A DNA stretch of 63,788 nucleotides, filler included, from Myxococcota bacterium (GTDB lineage Bacteria > Myxococcota > Myxococcia > Myxococcales > Myxococcaceae): assembly GCA_049322255.1 (NCBI GenBank). It is 3 parts of 3 records of this genome, joined end to end, with 100 filler letters (N's around TTAATTAATTAA, not from the genome) between each part and the next. Parts side by side here need not be neighbours in the genome. Positions count along the whole stretch, not along the records: positions 23,455 to 46,723 come from JBMORE010000064.1; positions 46,824 to 63,788 come from JBMORE010000094.1; 1 more part is not named here. One strand, 5' to 3'. Below the pieces are notes generated by a model. It searched no databases. It was not told where the DNA came from and was given only the letters and a program-made list of their open reading frames with translations. Both the position numbers and the translations under genes were made by a program. Below are positions 40,828-52,685 of this stretch, piece after piece. Each line of letters opens with the position of its first letter. The first letter of the stretch is position 1.

Positions 40828-42663
40828 CTACTCGACCGTCACGCTCTTGGCGAGGTTGCGCGGCTGGTCGACATCGTTCCCGCGCAGGTCGGCCACGTGG
40901 TACGCGAGCAGCTGCAACGGCACGCTCGCCACCACCGGGGCGAGCAGGGCACTCGCCGGCGGCATAGTGATGACATGGTTGGCCAGTGAGCGCACTTGGG
41001 TGTCGTCCTCGTCCACCAGGGCAATCACCTTGCCCCCGCGGGCGCGCACTTCCTCCAGGTTGCCGAGAATCTTCTCGTAGATGACCTTCGGCTCCTTGGG
41101 GGCGATGATCACCACCGGCAGCCGCTCGTCGATGAGGGCGATGGGGCCATGCTTCATCTCTCCGCCGGCGTACCCCTCGGCGTGGATGTAGCTAATCTCC
41201 TTGAGCTTGAGCGCGCCCTCGAGCGCCACCGCATGCATCGGCCCGCGCCCGAGAAAGAGAAAGTCTTGCGCGTCCACATACGCGCGGGCGATTTGCTTCA
41301 CCGTTCCTTCGGTCTTGAGCGCCTCCTCCACCAGCTTGGGCAGCTCGGTGAGCCGGGTGAGGTGCTCCTGCGCCTGCCGCACCGAGAGGTGTCCGCGCAG
41401 CCGCCCCAGCTTCACTCCCAAAAGATAAAGGCAGATGAGCTGGGTGGTGAACGCCTTGGTGGAGGCGACGCCGATCTCCGGCCCGGCGTTGGTGATGATC
41501 GAAAACGCAGCCTCGCGGGTGATGGCCGAGCCGATGACGTTGCACAGCGCCATCGGGTAGGCGCCGCGCGCTTTCGCCTCGCGGAAGGCGGCCAGCGTGT
41601 CGGCGGTCTCTCCCGACTGGCTCACCGCGATCGCCAGGTGGGTGGAGTCGATGATCGGGTCGCGGTAGCGAAATTCGTGCGCCAGCTCGACCTCGACGGG
41701 AAGGCGCGCGAGCGACTCGATCATCAGCCTCCCAGCCACCCCGGAGTGCCAGCTGGTACCGCAGGCGAGAATCGTCACTTTCGACATCGCCTTCACCGCC
41801 TCGGGGGCGAGGTTCCAGCCCTCGAAGTGCACGTCGCCCTCGGAGAGCAGCACCCTTCCGCGCAAGGTGTCGGCGAGCGCCCGTGGCTGCTCGTCGATTT
41901 CCTTGTGCATGAAGTGTTTGTGCCCGCCCTTCTCCGCCATCACCGGCGTCCAGTCGATACGGCGGGTGGGGCGATTCACCGGCTTTCCAGCGCGGTCGAA
42001 GATGCTCACCGACTCGCAGGTGAGCACCGCCAAGTCGCCTTCCTCCATGTAGACGAAGTCGCGGGTGTGCTCGAGCAGCGCCGGCACGTCGGAGGCGACG
42101 AAGTTCTGCCCTCGAGCCAGCCCGAGCACCATGGGAGAGGAGTCCTTGGTGGCGACGATACGGCTGGGGTCCTTCTCCCAGACGACGGCCAGGGCGTAAG
42201 TACCGCGCACCTGGCTCACCGCGCGGCGCACCGCGTCCTCCAGGGGAGCGCCGGAGGCGAGCTCATCGGCGATGAGATGAGCGAACACTTCTGAGTCGGT
42301 TTCAGAGGAGAATGCGTGTCCCTTTCCCTTGAGCCCCTCCTTGAGGGCTAGGTGGTTCTCGATGATGCCGTTGTGGACCACTGCCACCCCGGCGTAGCTG
42401 TGCGGGTGAGCGTTCTCATCGGAAGGACGCCCGTGGGTGGCCCAGCGGGTATGCCCGATGCCGATGGTGCCGAAGGGTGGCTCGGCCACGACGCGGTTCT
42501 CCAAATTCCTCAGCTTGCCGCTGGCGCGCACCACGTTGAGCGCGCCTTTGCCCACCACCGCCACCCCAGCGGAGTCGTAGCCTCGGTACTCGAGCTTCTT
42601 GAGCCCCGACACCAAAATGGGCGCCGACTGCTTGTCCCCCACGTAGCCCACGATTCCGCACAT
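40828..42663 (-). CDS. glmS: Glutamine--fructose-6-phosphate aminotransferase
   Basis: MCGIVGY, LEYRGYDSAG, GHTRWATHG, SQSGETADT, PRNLAKSVTVE. Confidence 0.99.
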   Translation of the reverse strand: MCGIVGYVGDKQSAPILVSGLKKLEYRGYDSAGVAVVGKGALNVVRASGKLRNLENRVVAEPPFGTIGIGHTRWATHGRPSDENAHPHSYAGVAVVHNGIIENHLALKEGLKGKGHAFSSETDSEVFAHLIADELASGAPLEDAVRRAVSQVRGTYALAVVWEKDPSRIVATKDSSPMVLGLARGQNFVASDVPALLEHTRDFVYMEEGDLAVLTCESVSIFDRAGKPVNRPTRRIDWTPVMAEKGGHKHFMHKEIDEQPRALADTLRGRVLLSEGDVHFEGWNLAPEAVKAMSKVTILACGTSWHSGVAGRLMIESLARLPVEVELAHEFRYRDPIIDSTHLAIAVSQSGETADTLAAFREAKARGAYPMALCNVIGSAITREAAFSIITNAGPEIGVASTKAFTTQLICLYLLGVKLGRLRGHLSVRQAQEHLTRLTELPKLVEEALKTEGTVKQIARAYVDAQDFLFLGRGPMHAVALEGALKLKEISYIHAEGYAGGEMKHGPIALIDERLPVVIIAPKEPKVIYEKILGNLEEVRARGGKVIALVDEDDTQVRSLANHVITMPPASALLAPVVASVPLQLLAYHVADLRGNDVDQPRNLAKSVTVE

Positions 42664-42767
42664 CGAAGTGTCCTCTCTGCCGCCGTGCGTAGCCCAAACT
42701 CCCGCCGGCGTCGAACCTTCCCCAAGGGGTGCGCACCGCGCGCGACGGGGGCAAGCGGCCGTGCGCT

Positions 42768-44165
42768 CTATGCCTTTTTCTTCTGTTTGCCTTTGCGCGC
42801 CACCCATCCGGGCTTGTTCACCTGCTTGACGCGGGAGAGCGCCAGCGCGCCGGGGGGCACATCTTCGGTGACCGTGCTCCCGGCACCTATGTACGCCCCC
42901 TCGCCCACCTTCACCGGGGCCACCAGCTGGGTATCGCTGCCGATGAACACCCCGTCGCCCAGCACGGTGGTGTGTTTGTTCACCCCGTCGTAGTTGCAGG
43001 TGATGGTGCCGGCGCCCACGTTCACTCCCGAGCCAATCTCCGCGTCTCCCAGGTAGGAGAGGTGATTGGCCTTGGAGCCCTTCTTGATGCGCGTCTTCTT
43101 GGTCTCGACGAAGTTACCCAGATGCACCTCGGCGTCGAGCACAGTGCCGGGCCGCAGGCGGGCGAAGGGACCGATGACGCAGCGGGGACCGACCACCGAC
43201 TCCTCGAAGAGCGAGTAGGGCCGTATCTCGGTGCCGTCGCCGATGGTGCTCTTCATCAGCACCGAGCCCTGCCCCACCTTCACCTCGGCGCCAATTTCGC
43301 AGCCGGCGTGGATGGAGACCATCGGGCCGATGACGGTGTTGGGGCCGATCTCCACCCCCTCGTCGATGAAGGTGGTCTCCGGGTGCTGAAGGGTGACCCC
43401 GTTCTTCATGTGCTCGACGTTGATGCGCATGCGTAAGATGGCGGCGCGCTGGGCGAGCTCGGCGCGGTCGTTCACTCCGGCCACCTCGTCGGAGTCGGCA
43501 GTCACCGTGGCCACCTCGCCCAACGCCGCGGCCGCCGCGACGATGTCGGTGAGGTAGTACTCCCCTTGGGCATTGGCGGCCTTGAGCCCGGCCAAGGTGC
43601 GCCACAGAAAGCGCGACTCTACGAGATAGACGCCGGCGTTGATTTCGCCAATCTGCTTCTGAGAAGCGTCGGCATCTTTCTCCTCCACCACCGCCTTCAC
43701 CTTCCCGTTCGCGCGCACGATGCGCCCGTAGCCGGTGGGGTTCTTGGGGAAGGTGGAGACGAGCGCCAAAGGCCCTTTGCCTTCCCGATACTTCGTCAGC
43801 AGCGCCCGCAAAGTCTCGAGGCGCAAGAGCGGCACGTCGCCGTAGAGCAAGAGCACCGCGCCCTCGAACGAGGAAAGCACCTGCTCGGCGCAGCGCACCG
43901 CGTGACCGGTGCCCTTCTGCTCCGCTTGCCGCACGAACGTCATCGGCCGGTCGGGGAAGCCCGAGCGAATCGCCGTTTCCACCTCCTCCGCCTGGTGCCC
44001 CACCACCGCGACGATGGGCGAAGCCCCCCATTCGTCCGCCCGGGACAGTGGGTAGAAACACAGCGGCCGGCCCAAGAGCGAATGCAGCACCTTGGCCTTC
44101 TCGGACTTCATCCGGGTGCCCTTGCCGGCACACAGGATGACCGCGGCGAGTAGAGGGGTGGACAT
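42768..44165 (-). CDS. glmU: Bifunctional UDP-GlcNAc pyrophosphorylase/acetyltransferase
   Basis: [44 protein letters not shown]. Confidence 0.98.
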   Translation of the reverse strand: MSTPLLAAVILCAGKGTRMKSEKAKVLHSLLGRPLCFYPLSRADEWGASPIVAVVGHQAEEVETAIRSGFPDRPMTFVRQAEQKGTGHAVRCAEQVLSSFEGAVLLLYGDVPLLRLETLRALLTKYREGKGPLALVSTFPKNPTGYGRIVRANGKVKAVVEEKDADASQKQIGEINAGVYLVESRFLWRTLAGLKAANAQGEYYLTDIVAAAAALGEVATVTADSDEVAGVNDRAELAQRAAILRMRINVEHMKNGVTLQHPETTFIDEGVEIGPNTVIGPMVSIHAGCEIGAEVKVGQGSVLMKSTIGDGTEIRPYSLFEESVVGPRCVIGPFARLRPGTVLDAEVHLGNFVETKKTRIKKGSKANHLSYLGDAEIGSGVNVGAGTITCNYDGVNKHTTVLGDGVFIGSDTQLVAPVKVGEGAYIGAGSTVTEDVPPGALALSRVKQVNKPGWVARKGKQKKKA

Positions 44166-44214
44166 GGCCGGCGAGATTTAAGGACCGGCGACGGCCCCGT
44201 CAATCGTTAGGACG

Positions 44215-44550
44215 TCATACCGCCCGCAGGCTTCTCTGGGAGACGTAGGCGTCGATGGCCCGGCGATCCATTGCGGCGATGTCGACGAAGCGAACGCCCA
44301 TGCCGCTCGGACGCAACAGGCCACCCTTCACCGTGCGCACCACCTTGCCCAACACGGTGAATGCCCGCGTCAGCCCGGGAATCGCCAAGCGCAGCGTCAC
44401 CAGCGAGCCCTCGGGCAGCGCAGAGGCAGTGCGCAAAAATACTCCGCTCGCCGAGATTTCCTCCGCGTCCGCCTGATGCGGGCGATTCCACTCATAGAAC
44501 CGCACCCTGCCGCTGAAGGGCGCCCTCGGGTGCTGACGGTGGTTGTCCAT
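44215..44550 (-). CDS. PilZ domain protein
   Basis: RQHPR, EISASGVF, GMGVRF. Confidence 0.87.
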   Translation of the reverse strand: MDNHRQHPRAPFSGRVRFYEWNRPHQADAEEISASGVFLRTASALPEGSLVTLRLAIPGLTRAFTVLGKVVRTVKGGLLRPSGMGVRFVDIAAMDRRAIDAYVSQRSLRAV

Positions 44551-44795
44551 GGGCGCGCACCCGCTGCAATCGGGAAGCCACTCTTTCGCTTCAGTCAAAC
44601 CACCAGCTTTCGCGCACTTGAGTCCTCCCGACCGCAGCTCACGCTGTGGCGACGTAGGGCAACTGCGTCAGGGCTGCCACAGATGGTCGCGATTGTCATT
44701 TCAGAACAAAAATCTGTCTGACCTTCGAAAGCAACCCTTCGGCGCCAGGTTCATAGTGCTCCGGTTTCCAAAGGGGTCTTTTGAAGGAGAACACC

Positions 44796-45740
<945 letters not shown>

Positions 45741-46535
45741 CGCGAGCTCGGTAGTCCTTCGGCGTCTGGCCCGCGAAGGCCTCGAACGCATGCGTGAAGG
45801 CACCCAGGCTGCGATAGCCGACCGCGTACGCAGTCTGGGTGACACGCGCTCCTGGCACCGAAAGCAGCTCCATCGCTTTCAAGAGGCGGGCGTCCTGGAG
45901 GAATTTTCGCCAGGTCGTCTGCGCCTCCTCGGCGAACCTTCGCGCCAGGGTTCGTGGAGACAGCCCCGCCGCCCGTGCCGCGTGCGCCAAGCTGGGCTCA
46001 TCGCCCAAGTGGGCCAAGGTGTAGCGCATCGCCTCGTCCAGCTCCGGGCTTTGGGCGGTGGGCAGCCAGGTCGGCCTCCCGTCTTCGAGCCACTCCGCAC
46101 AGAGCGCCGCCAGCGCCTTGAAGTACTGATTGGCGAGGGCATCGCGCGGGTTCCTCCGGGGGCCCCACCGCATGGCGTGAAGAATCATCTCGCGGGCAAG
46201 CAGCGTGGCCGGGAACACCGCGCACGGGCCTGGAATGCCGGACCCCAAAGGGCCCGAGAGGTAAACCGTTCGCAGCACCACGGAGCCCTGGGCTTTGACC
46301 CGATGGTCGACACCGGCGGAGATCCAGGCGACGCGCTGAGGCGGTAAGAGCCACTGCCTTTTTGCCACTTCCAGGTGCAGCGTTCCCTCTTGCGCGTAGA
46401 GCACCTGGTGCTTGCGGTGGCGATGCCAACCCGAGTCCATCGCTCGAAAGTCGTCGGCGAGCCCGAAGCCGGACACGCGAACCTCGTCGATGTCCGTCTT
46501 GCGGTGCATGGAAGCGAAAAGCTTACTTCGCCGGT

Positions 46536-46723
46536 ATGGTGTCGTCCTTGGCTGCCCAATTTCGTTCACGCTCCTTGCTCACCTCTCTGTCGCGCCTCGC
46601 TCCTTTGCTGGTGGGGTTGGCGGTCTTCGCCGCGGAGGCGGCCCGCCCTTACCGTCGAGGAGCCGTCGCTGCCGCTCACCCGGTGGGCAGCCAAGCGGGC
46701 TTGGTGATGCTGGCCAAGGGTGG
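46536..46723 (+). CDS. ggt: Gamma-glutamyltransferase N-terminus (partial, cut by contig join)
   Basis: Signal peptide followed by GAVAAAHPVGSQAGLVMLAKGG. Confidence 0.7.
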
Positions 46724-46823
46724 NNNNNNNNNNNNNNNNNNNNNNNNNNNNNNNNNNNNNNNNNNNNTTAATTAATTAANNNNNNNNNNNNNNNNNNNNN
46801 NNNNNNNNNNNNNNNNNNNNNNN
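46724..46823. other. Artificial contig join
   Basis: N-run with TTAATTAATTAA at 46768-46779. Confidence 0.95.
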
Positions 46824-47085
46824 CTTCCAAGCACTCCGGCGCCGCCGAATCGACTTCGACGACGCCCCCGAGCCTATTCGGTGCCGCCCGAACCACTTTG
46901 ACGCCGCTACCAAGCACTCCGGCGCCGCCGAATCGACTTCGACGACGCCCCCACGCCTATCCAGTGCCGCCCGAACCACTTTGACGCCGCTTCCAAGCAC
47001 TCCGGCGCCGCCGAATCGACTTCGACGACGCCCCCGAGCCTATTCGGTGCCGCCCGACCATTTTGACGGTGCTTCGGGCACTCGG
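46824..47085. repeat. 83-bp tandem repeat array (at least 3 units, truncated at contig start)
   Basis: Units start at 46824, 46907 and 46990; internal 41/42-bp and about 21-bp sub-periods. Confidence 0.92.
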
Positions 47086-47284
47086 AATGCGGTGCCTCGT
47101 CCGCGCCACGAGACGACCGTCTCGCTCGAGGAAGCCCTTCCCTGCCTCGCCATCCACTCCATCCACCAAAAACCTTCTCCATTCGCGCAACTTGCGCTTG
47201 GGCACGAATTTGCAACGTCGCCCATCCGCAGTCGCCCCGCCGGGCGCTCCGGCGAACAACCACAGCAGTCACTTGGAGAAGCAA

Positions 47285-47947
47285 ATGGATACTGAAAACA
47301 AGAACGAGACCAGCAACGGCGTGCCGACCGATTCGGCGAACAACCAGCCCACCCGCTCGAAGCCGAGGTCGCCTAACTACGATCCCATCAAGATCGAGAC
47401 GAAGGCGGCGGAGGCGAAAAGACGTGCGGCGGACATCACTGACCCTGTCGTGCTCGATGACTGCTCCGAAGTGGACAACGGTGTGCTGCTGGTGCGGCAG
47501 TCCACCGCCACGCTTGCGGAAACGACCGCCACCCTGGAAAACGCCGTGACCGATCAGGTCAAGGCGAACACCGCGGTGACGGTCGCCACCCTGTGTCTGG
47601 CGCCGCTGCTCAAGCGCATCACTCCCGGCGGCAAAACGCTGCTTGCTCGTTGCCAGGGCAAGGATGTGGCTACCACCGGGAAGTACTTGGCCGAGCATTT
47701 TCCAGAAGACAATCTGGGATTGCCGGCGCACACAGTGGCTCCCCTGAAAGACGCAGTCACGGTGGCCAGCACGGCGGACCGGCGAGTGGCCGATGCCCGA
47801 GCCGCCAAGAAGGCCGCCATCCGGAAATACAAGCTGGCAACCCGCAAGCTGAAGACGGCGATCCTCATGCTGAACAGCAGCGTGAGGCGATACCGCGCCA
47901 GTCAAGGCCCGCCGAACACCGGTGATTCGACGCCGATGGCGGCGTAG
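47285..47947 (+). CDS. Hypothetical all-helical protein with basic C-terminus
   Basis: GGAG SD before the ATG; Ala/Thr-rich helices; own terminator. Confidence 0.72.
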   Translation: MDTENKNETSNGVPTDSANNQPTRSKPRSPNYDPIKIETKAAEAKRRAADITDPVVLDDCSEVDNGVLLVRQSTATLAETTATLENAVTDQVKANTAVTVATLCLAPLLKRITPGGKTLLARCQGKDVATTGKYLAEHFPEDNLGLPAHTVAPLKDAVTVASTADRRVADARAAKKAAIRKYKLATRKLKTAILMLNSSVRRYRASQGPPNTGDSTPMAA

Positions 47948-47967
47948 CACGATGGAACGTAGAAGGC

Positions 47968-48005
47968 GCGAGCGGAGCCAAGATGGCTCCGCTCGTTGCT
48001 TTTTT
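47968..48005 (+). terminator. Rho-independent terminator
   Basis: CGAGCGGAGCCA-AGA-TGGCTCCGCTCG followed by TTGCTTTTTT. Confidence 0.8.
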
Positions 48006-48016
48006 GCCTGGATGAT

Positions 48017-49420
48017 TCACGGCGCGAGCTTGGGTGAAAGCTCCTTGGCCAGCTCCTCGTATAGGTAGATCGCGCTTTTGATCGCCTTATCGAAGTCGCC
48101 CAAATGGAGGCTCTCGTTCTCCGAGTGGGCGTTGGTGTACGGGTCCTCCACTCCGATGAGCAGCGCGGGCACGCCTCCCAGTTCCTTCGCGAACGGCTCG
48201 ACGAAGGGAATGGATCCGCCGCAGCCGATCGCCACCGCCTCTTTCTCGTAACCTTTCCTGAGCGCGCGGAAAGCGGCCTGGAACGCCGGGTGACGAGTAT
48301 CGGTGTACCACCAGCTGGCGGCTTGCTCTTCCTCGATGTGGCACTCGAGTCCCCATGGCACTGCCTGGCGAATCGCCTCCACCAGCTTCCTTCGTACCTC
48401 CAGCGGATCGAGGTTTGGCACCACGCGCACACCGATTCGGGCCCACGCCGATTCGCAGATGATGTTGCGCGCGTCTTTTCGAGTCGACGCTTGGAACGCG
48501 TTCACCGCAATCGATGGTTGCCGCCAGTTGGTCTCCCACGGATGACGACCACCTCCGAGCAGCTCAACGCCTTCGAGCAAACCCGCCTGCCTGCGGAAGT
48601 GAGCATCGTCCCCGGGCAGCGCCTGAATGCTCCTCTTTTCCGCCTCGTCGAGCGGCTTCACCTTTTCCTGAATGCCAGGAATGGCAATCGACCCGTCGGG
48701 ATGGGTAAGAGAGGCGAGCACCCGGCACAAGCCCATCACAGGATCCGGCACTGGGCCGCCCCACATGCCCGAGTGCACCGACTGCTTGAGCGCGCGCAGC
48801 TCGACGTCCACGGTGACCAGCCCACGCAACGCGGTGGTGACCGAAGGAAGCCCGGTCTCGAAGTTGCCGGTATCGGTGAGGACCATGGCGTCGGCCTTCA
48901 CCAGTTGGGCGTGCTTCTTGAGGAAGGCGGTCAAGTGCTCCGAGCCGATTTCCTCTTCGCCTTCGATGATGACCTTGATGTTGAGCGGAAGCGAACCGGC
49001 GCCCTTCAGCCACGCGTCCACCGCCGAGGAGTGCACCACGATGCCCGCCTTGTCATCAGCCGCGCCACGGCCGTAGAGGCGCCCGTCCCGCTCCACCGGC
49101 TCGAACGGAGGGCTCTTCCACGACTGGGCATCACCTGCTGGTTGTACGTCGTGGTGGGCGTAGAGAAGGAGCGTCGGCCTGCCGGGGGCCTCGAGCACTT
49201 CTCCATAAACGTATGGGTGTGCCCCTTCCACCTCGAGCAGGTGCACGTTGTCGAAGCCGCGCTTCTTCAAAAGTCGCGCGGTGGCTTCGGCGCTGGCGCG
49301 AACGTGCTTGGGGTCGAACCCGGGGAAGGACACGCTGGGCACCCGGACCAAGTCCTTGAGGTCATCGAGGTACTCGCTGCGCCTGCTGTGGAAGTGGCTG
49401 AGGGCCTTTTCGGTCGACAT
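48017..49420 (-). CDS. M20 family dipeptidase
   Basis: [39 protein letters not shown]. Confidence 0.93.
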   Translation of the reverse strand: MSTEKALSHFHSRRSEYLDDLKDLVRVPSVSFPGFDPKHVRASAEATARLLKKRGFDNVHLLEVEGAHPYVYGEVLEAPGRPTLLLYAHHDVQPAGDAQSWKSPPFEPVERDGRLYGRGAADDKAGIVVHSSAVDAWLKGAGSLPLNIKVIIEGEEEIGSEHLTAFLKKHAQLVKADAMVLTDTGNFETGLPSVTTALRGLVTVDVELRALKQSVHSGMWGGPVPDPVMGLCRVLASLTHPDGSIAIPGIQEKVKPLDEAEKRSIQALPGDDAHFRRQAGLLEGVELLGGGRHPWETNWRQPSIAVNAFQASTRKDARNIICESAWARIGVRVVPNLDPLEVRRKLVEAIRQAVPWGLECHIEEEQAASWWYTDTRHPAFQAAFRALRKGYEKEAVAIGCGGSIPFVEPFAKELGGVPALLIGVEDPYTNAHSENESLHLGDFDKAIKSAIYLYEELAKELSPKLAP

Positions 49421-49469
49421 GGATGCCTTTCGCGAGGTGGGCTCCCGCGAATACCATGGAAAGGCGTCT

Positions 49470-50537
49470 TCATTCTGGGGAACCCACCATGAGCCGGCAG
49501 CGAATCCCACCGTTCTCGAGCGCGAAGGTTTTCTCAGGCGCAAGACCGAGCAGCTCGTGCGGCGAGTCGTCGGCGACGAGCAGGGCGTAGCGCCAGCGGG
49601 CGAGCGGCCCGCGCAACGCAGCCCCGAACGCGCGAAAGAGCGTCGAGAGCTCGTCGCCTTTTCCCACGCGCTTCCCGTAGGGAAGATTGGAGACGATGAG
49701 CCCCGACTCCGCGCGGGACTTCGCCGATGTCGCATCGAGCCGTTCGAGCGTCAGCGGTACCCCTGCCCGTCTGGCGTTTCGCCGGGCAGTTCCCAGGGCC
49801 CCTGCGTTCAAGTCGGTAGCCATCATCGGCCATGGGGCTTGGGCGAGCTCCTCACCTCGCGCCGCTCGGAGCCGCTGGTTCCATTCCTTGCCGTCGTGCG
49901 AGGGCCATTGTTCGAAGGCAAAGCGCCGGTTCGCCCCCGGAGCTTTCCTCATCGCGATGAGCCCGCCCTCGATGGCAATCGTCCCCGAGCCGCACATCGG
50001 GTCCCACAAGGCTTCGCCGCCGTCGAAGTGCGCCAGGACCAACATCCCGGCCGCCAGCGTCTCGCGCAGAGGCGCGCGGCCGACTTCCTGACGATAGCCG
50101 CGCAGGTAGAGCAGCTCGCCTGAGCTGTCGGCGCTCACCGTGCAGGTTCCGGCGTGAAGGCGAATCGAGATTTCCGTTCGCGGCGAGCTCGATGAGGCCG
50201 ACTTTGCCTTCCACACCTGGGAGGCGGCCCGCTCGCACTCGCGGGCCAGAGCACCCACTCCCCGGATGCTCAAGGGCGAGGCACCATCCCACACCCGGCC
50301 GATGGGCACCTGGCGAAGCGCGTTGAGAAGGTCGCGCGGCCCCCGCGCACGAAACTCCCCCAGGCGGACCAGCACCCGGCCCGCGGTGCGAAGGCGAAGG
50401 TTGGCCTCCTGATAACTTCCCCGAAAGCTCACCCCACCCAGCTCGTGGACACCGCTCCAACCCAGCGCGCGCATCTCCTGCTCGAGCGCCGGCTCGAGGC
50501 CGGGGGTCGTGGAGGCGAAAAGCAGCTCTTCAGTCAT
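49470..50537 (-). CDS. THUMP/RlmL-like RNA methyltransferase
   Basis: RGYR...[30 protein letters not shown]. Confidence 0.88.
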   Translation of the reverse strand: MTEELLFASTTPGLEPALEQEMRALGWSGVHELGGVSFRGSYQEANLRLRTAGRVLVRLGEFRARGPRDLLNALRQVPIGRVWDGASPLSIRGVGALARECERAASQVWKAKSASSSSPRTEISIRLHAGTCTVSADSSGELLYLRGYRQEVGRAPLRETLAAGMLVLAHFDGGEALWDPMCGSGTIAIEGGLIAMRKAPGANRRFAFEQWPSHDGKEWNQRLRAARGEELAQAPWPMMATDLNAGALGTARRNARRAGVPLTLERLDATSAKSRAESGLIVSNLPYGKRVGKGDELSTLFRAFGAALRGPLARWRYALLVADDSPHELLGLAPEKTFALENGGIRCRLMVGSPE

Positions 50538-50641
50538 CGCCCATGCTCCACGCGAACCTGACCCGCAGGCCATTGGTCAACTCCCTCGTGTACAAAGAGA
50601 GCGACCGCGAAGCGCGACGCTAAACGTGCTATTCGCACACC

Positions 50642-51520
50642 ATGACTACCGAAGAGCCGCGCAAGAGAATCAAGGAGCTCGAGGTCATCGTCGCGGATGT
50701 CGTCACCGAGACGCCGGACACCACCACCTTGGTGCTCTTCACCGGCAACGACCGCCTCGACTACCAACCGGGCCACTTCTGCACCATCGATCCTCACCAG
50801 TTCAGCTCGCTCGCGCGCTTCACCGCTTTCCTCGAAGACCAAAAAGGAAAGCGCGAGCCAGCCCGAGCCTACTCACTGACTTCGGCGCCGCACGAGAAAT
50901 ACGTCGCCATCACGGTGAAAGAGGAGCAGTACGTCTCCGGCTCCACCCAATACCCGCCCCTGCTCTCCCCGCTGCTCGTGCGCAACGTCCAGCCGGGCCG
51001 CAAGATGATCATCACCGGCTTCACCGGGCCCTACACTCTGCCCAAGGACATCGAGAGCCGCACCGACCACCTGGTGCACGTGGTGGCCGGCTCGGGCGCC
51101 GTGCCCAACTTCTCCATTCTCAAGCACGCCCTGCACACGGGGATGAAGCTTCGCCACACTTTCCTCTGCTCGAACCGGGCCTATGAGGACATCTGCTTTC
51201 GCGTCGAGCTGGAGACGCTGCAGCGCGAGCACCCCGACCGGCTGAAAGTCGTGCACAACCTCACCCGGGAGACCGACGCCTCGCGCTTCGGCCCCCAGGT
51301 GCGCAAGGGCCGCATCAGTGTCGAGCTCCTCCGAGAGCTCATCCCCGACCCGGACACCTGCCTGGTCTACGCCTGCGGCCCGGCCATTGGCCCCTGGGAC
51401 CGGCTGGCCGCCAAGAAAAAAGGCGTCGAGCCCGCCCCGCGCTTTCTCGAAACGGCGCTCGAGCACCTCGCCACCGTCGGCGTGCCCAAGGAGCGCATCA
51501 AGCGGGAGTCGTACGGCTAG
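50642..51520 (+). CDS. FAD/NAD(P)-binding oxidoreductase (FNR-like)
   Basis: RAYSLTS, AGSGAVP, VYACGP, IKRESY. Confidence 0.87.
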   Translation: MTTEEPRKRIKELEVIVADVVTETPDTTTLVLFTGNDRLDYQPGHFCTIDPHQFSSLARFTAFLEDQKGKREPARAYSLTSAPHEKYVAITVKEEQYVSGSTQYPPLLSPLLVRNVQPGRKMIITGFTGPYTLPKDIESRTDHLVHVVAGSGAVPNFSILKHALHTGMKLRHTFLCSNRAYEDICFRVELETLQREHPDRLKVVHNLTRETDASRFGPQVRKGRISVELLRELIPDPDTCLVYACGPAIGPWDRLAAKKKGVEPAPRFLETALEHLATVGVPKERIKRESYG

Positions 51521-51827
51521 CCGGGCGCTCTGCCTCAATCAGCTTGACGAGCTCCGGCGCGACCTGGGTGAAGCGCACCCCCATTCGGCCGCGGAGGGCG
51601 AGGTTGGCGCTGCCCGCCTTGGCCCACGCAACGCAGCCGCTGAAGGAATACTGGGTGCCACCGACTTCGATCCATCCACTCACGTCGGTGCCTGGGCGAG
51701 GTACCCGCATCAACTCGACGCTGAAACCACCCGTCGAAATGTCGTTGGTGAACGCGTGCGCCCCTAAGAGCTGCACCTTGTAGCGGCGGCGAGCGCGTGG
51801 TGCCGCCCTCGACTCATGCCTCGGCAT
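51498..51827 (-). CDS. PilZ domain protein
   Basis: RAAPR, DISTGG, RMGVRF. Confidence 0.82.
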   Translation of the reverse strand: MPRHESRAAPRARRRYKVQLLGAHAFTNDISTGGFSVELMRVPRPGTDVSGWIEVGGTQYSFSGCVAWAKAGSANLALRGRMGVRFTQVAPELVKLIEAERPASRTTPA

Positions 51828-51836
51828 GCCCGAAAA

Positions 51837-52685
51837 CTACAGCCCTCCATCTTGGGTGACAACCTGCAGTAGGCGCACCAGCGTCGGGCTGACGCCGGTG
51901 TCTGCAAGCAAACGCTGGAGACGAACACGCGCCACGCGACTCTCGCGATGCACTCTGCGCCCGAGAATGAGCTCGTTCTTGAGCGAGTGCTCCCAGCCGG
52001 TGAGCTCGGTGACGGTCACCTGGTAGCCGTTCGCCTCGAGGGCCAGTGCGCGGATGACGTTGGTGAGGTGCGAGCCGAACTCACGCCGATGCCAGGGGTG
52101 GGCAAACAGCTCCCGGACCGAGGACGAAGCCAAGGTGCGCGCGGCCTTGAGCTGGGCGGCCACCTCGGCCTGGCAACAGGGCACCACCGCCACGTGGTCG
52201 GCCTGGTGACAAACGGCGGCATACAGCGCGTCGTCGGTCGCGGTGTCGCAGGCATGCAACGCGGTGAGCAGATGGATGCGCTCGGGGTATGCCGCCGAGT
52301 GAAGCGGCGCGGTGACGAAGCGCATGCGCGAAAAACCCAAGCGTGCTGCACGCTCCGAAGCCCGGGCAGTGAGCTCGGGGCGGCTCTCGATGGACACCAA
52401 CTCACCCTTCTCTCGGCCCAGGAAGAACAGCTCATACAGCACGAAGCCCAGATAGGCGTTGCCGCTGCCGCAGTCGACCACCACCGGCTGCGAAAAACGC
52501 GCAAAGACGTCCTCGAGCGCCGGCTGGAGCAACCCCACCAGGTGGTTGACCTGCTTGAGCTTGCGCAGCGCGTCGGCATTCAGGTGGCCGTCGCGGGTGA
52601 GTAGGCGCAGCTCGCGAAGAAGCTTCGGCGACTGCTCGGGAAGCAGCTCGCAACGAACCTTCGCGGGGGAGACCTTGCGCCTCAG
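51837..52685 (-). CDS. SAM-dependent methyltransferase (Methyltransf_32-like)
   Basis: RKLKQVNHL, VDCGSGNAYL, ALHACDTATD, VPCCQ; start uncertain (CTG 52685 or GTG 52781). Confidence 0.85.
   Translation of the reverse strand: MRRKVSPAKVRCELLPEQSPKLLRELRLLTRDGHLNADALRKLKQVNHLVGLLQPALEDVFARFSQPVVVDCGSGNAYLGFVLYELFFLGREKGELVSIESRPELTARASERAARLGFSRMRFVTAPLHSAAYPERIHLLTALHACDTATDDALYAAVCHQADHVAVVPCCQAEVAAQLKAARTLASSSVRELFAHPWHRREFGSHLTNVIRALALEANGYQVTVTELTGWEHSLKNELILGRRVHRESRVARVRLQRLLADTGVSPTLVRLLQVVTQDGGL

Noticed and set aside
42664..42767. glmS ribozyme in the glmU-glmS spacer
   Set aside because: It begins AGCGC but lacks the rest of the conserved core and is short (about 100 nt).
46824..47085. 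CRISPR array
   Set aside because: The segments between the invariant halves are near-identical rather than unique spacers, and no cas genes are in the window.
47198..47215. Sigma-54 promoter upstream of the orphan gene
   Set aside because: GGCACG and TTGC are one base too close for the strict -24/-12 spacing.
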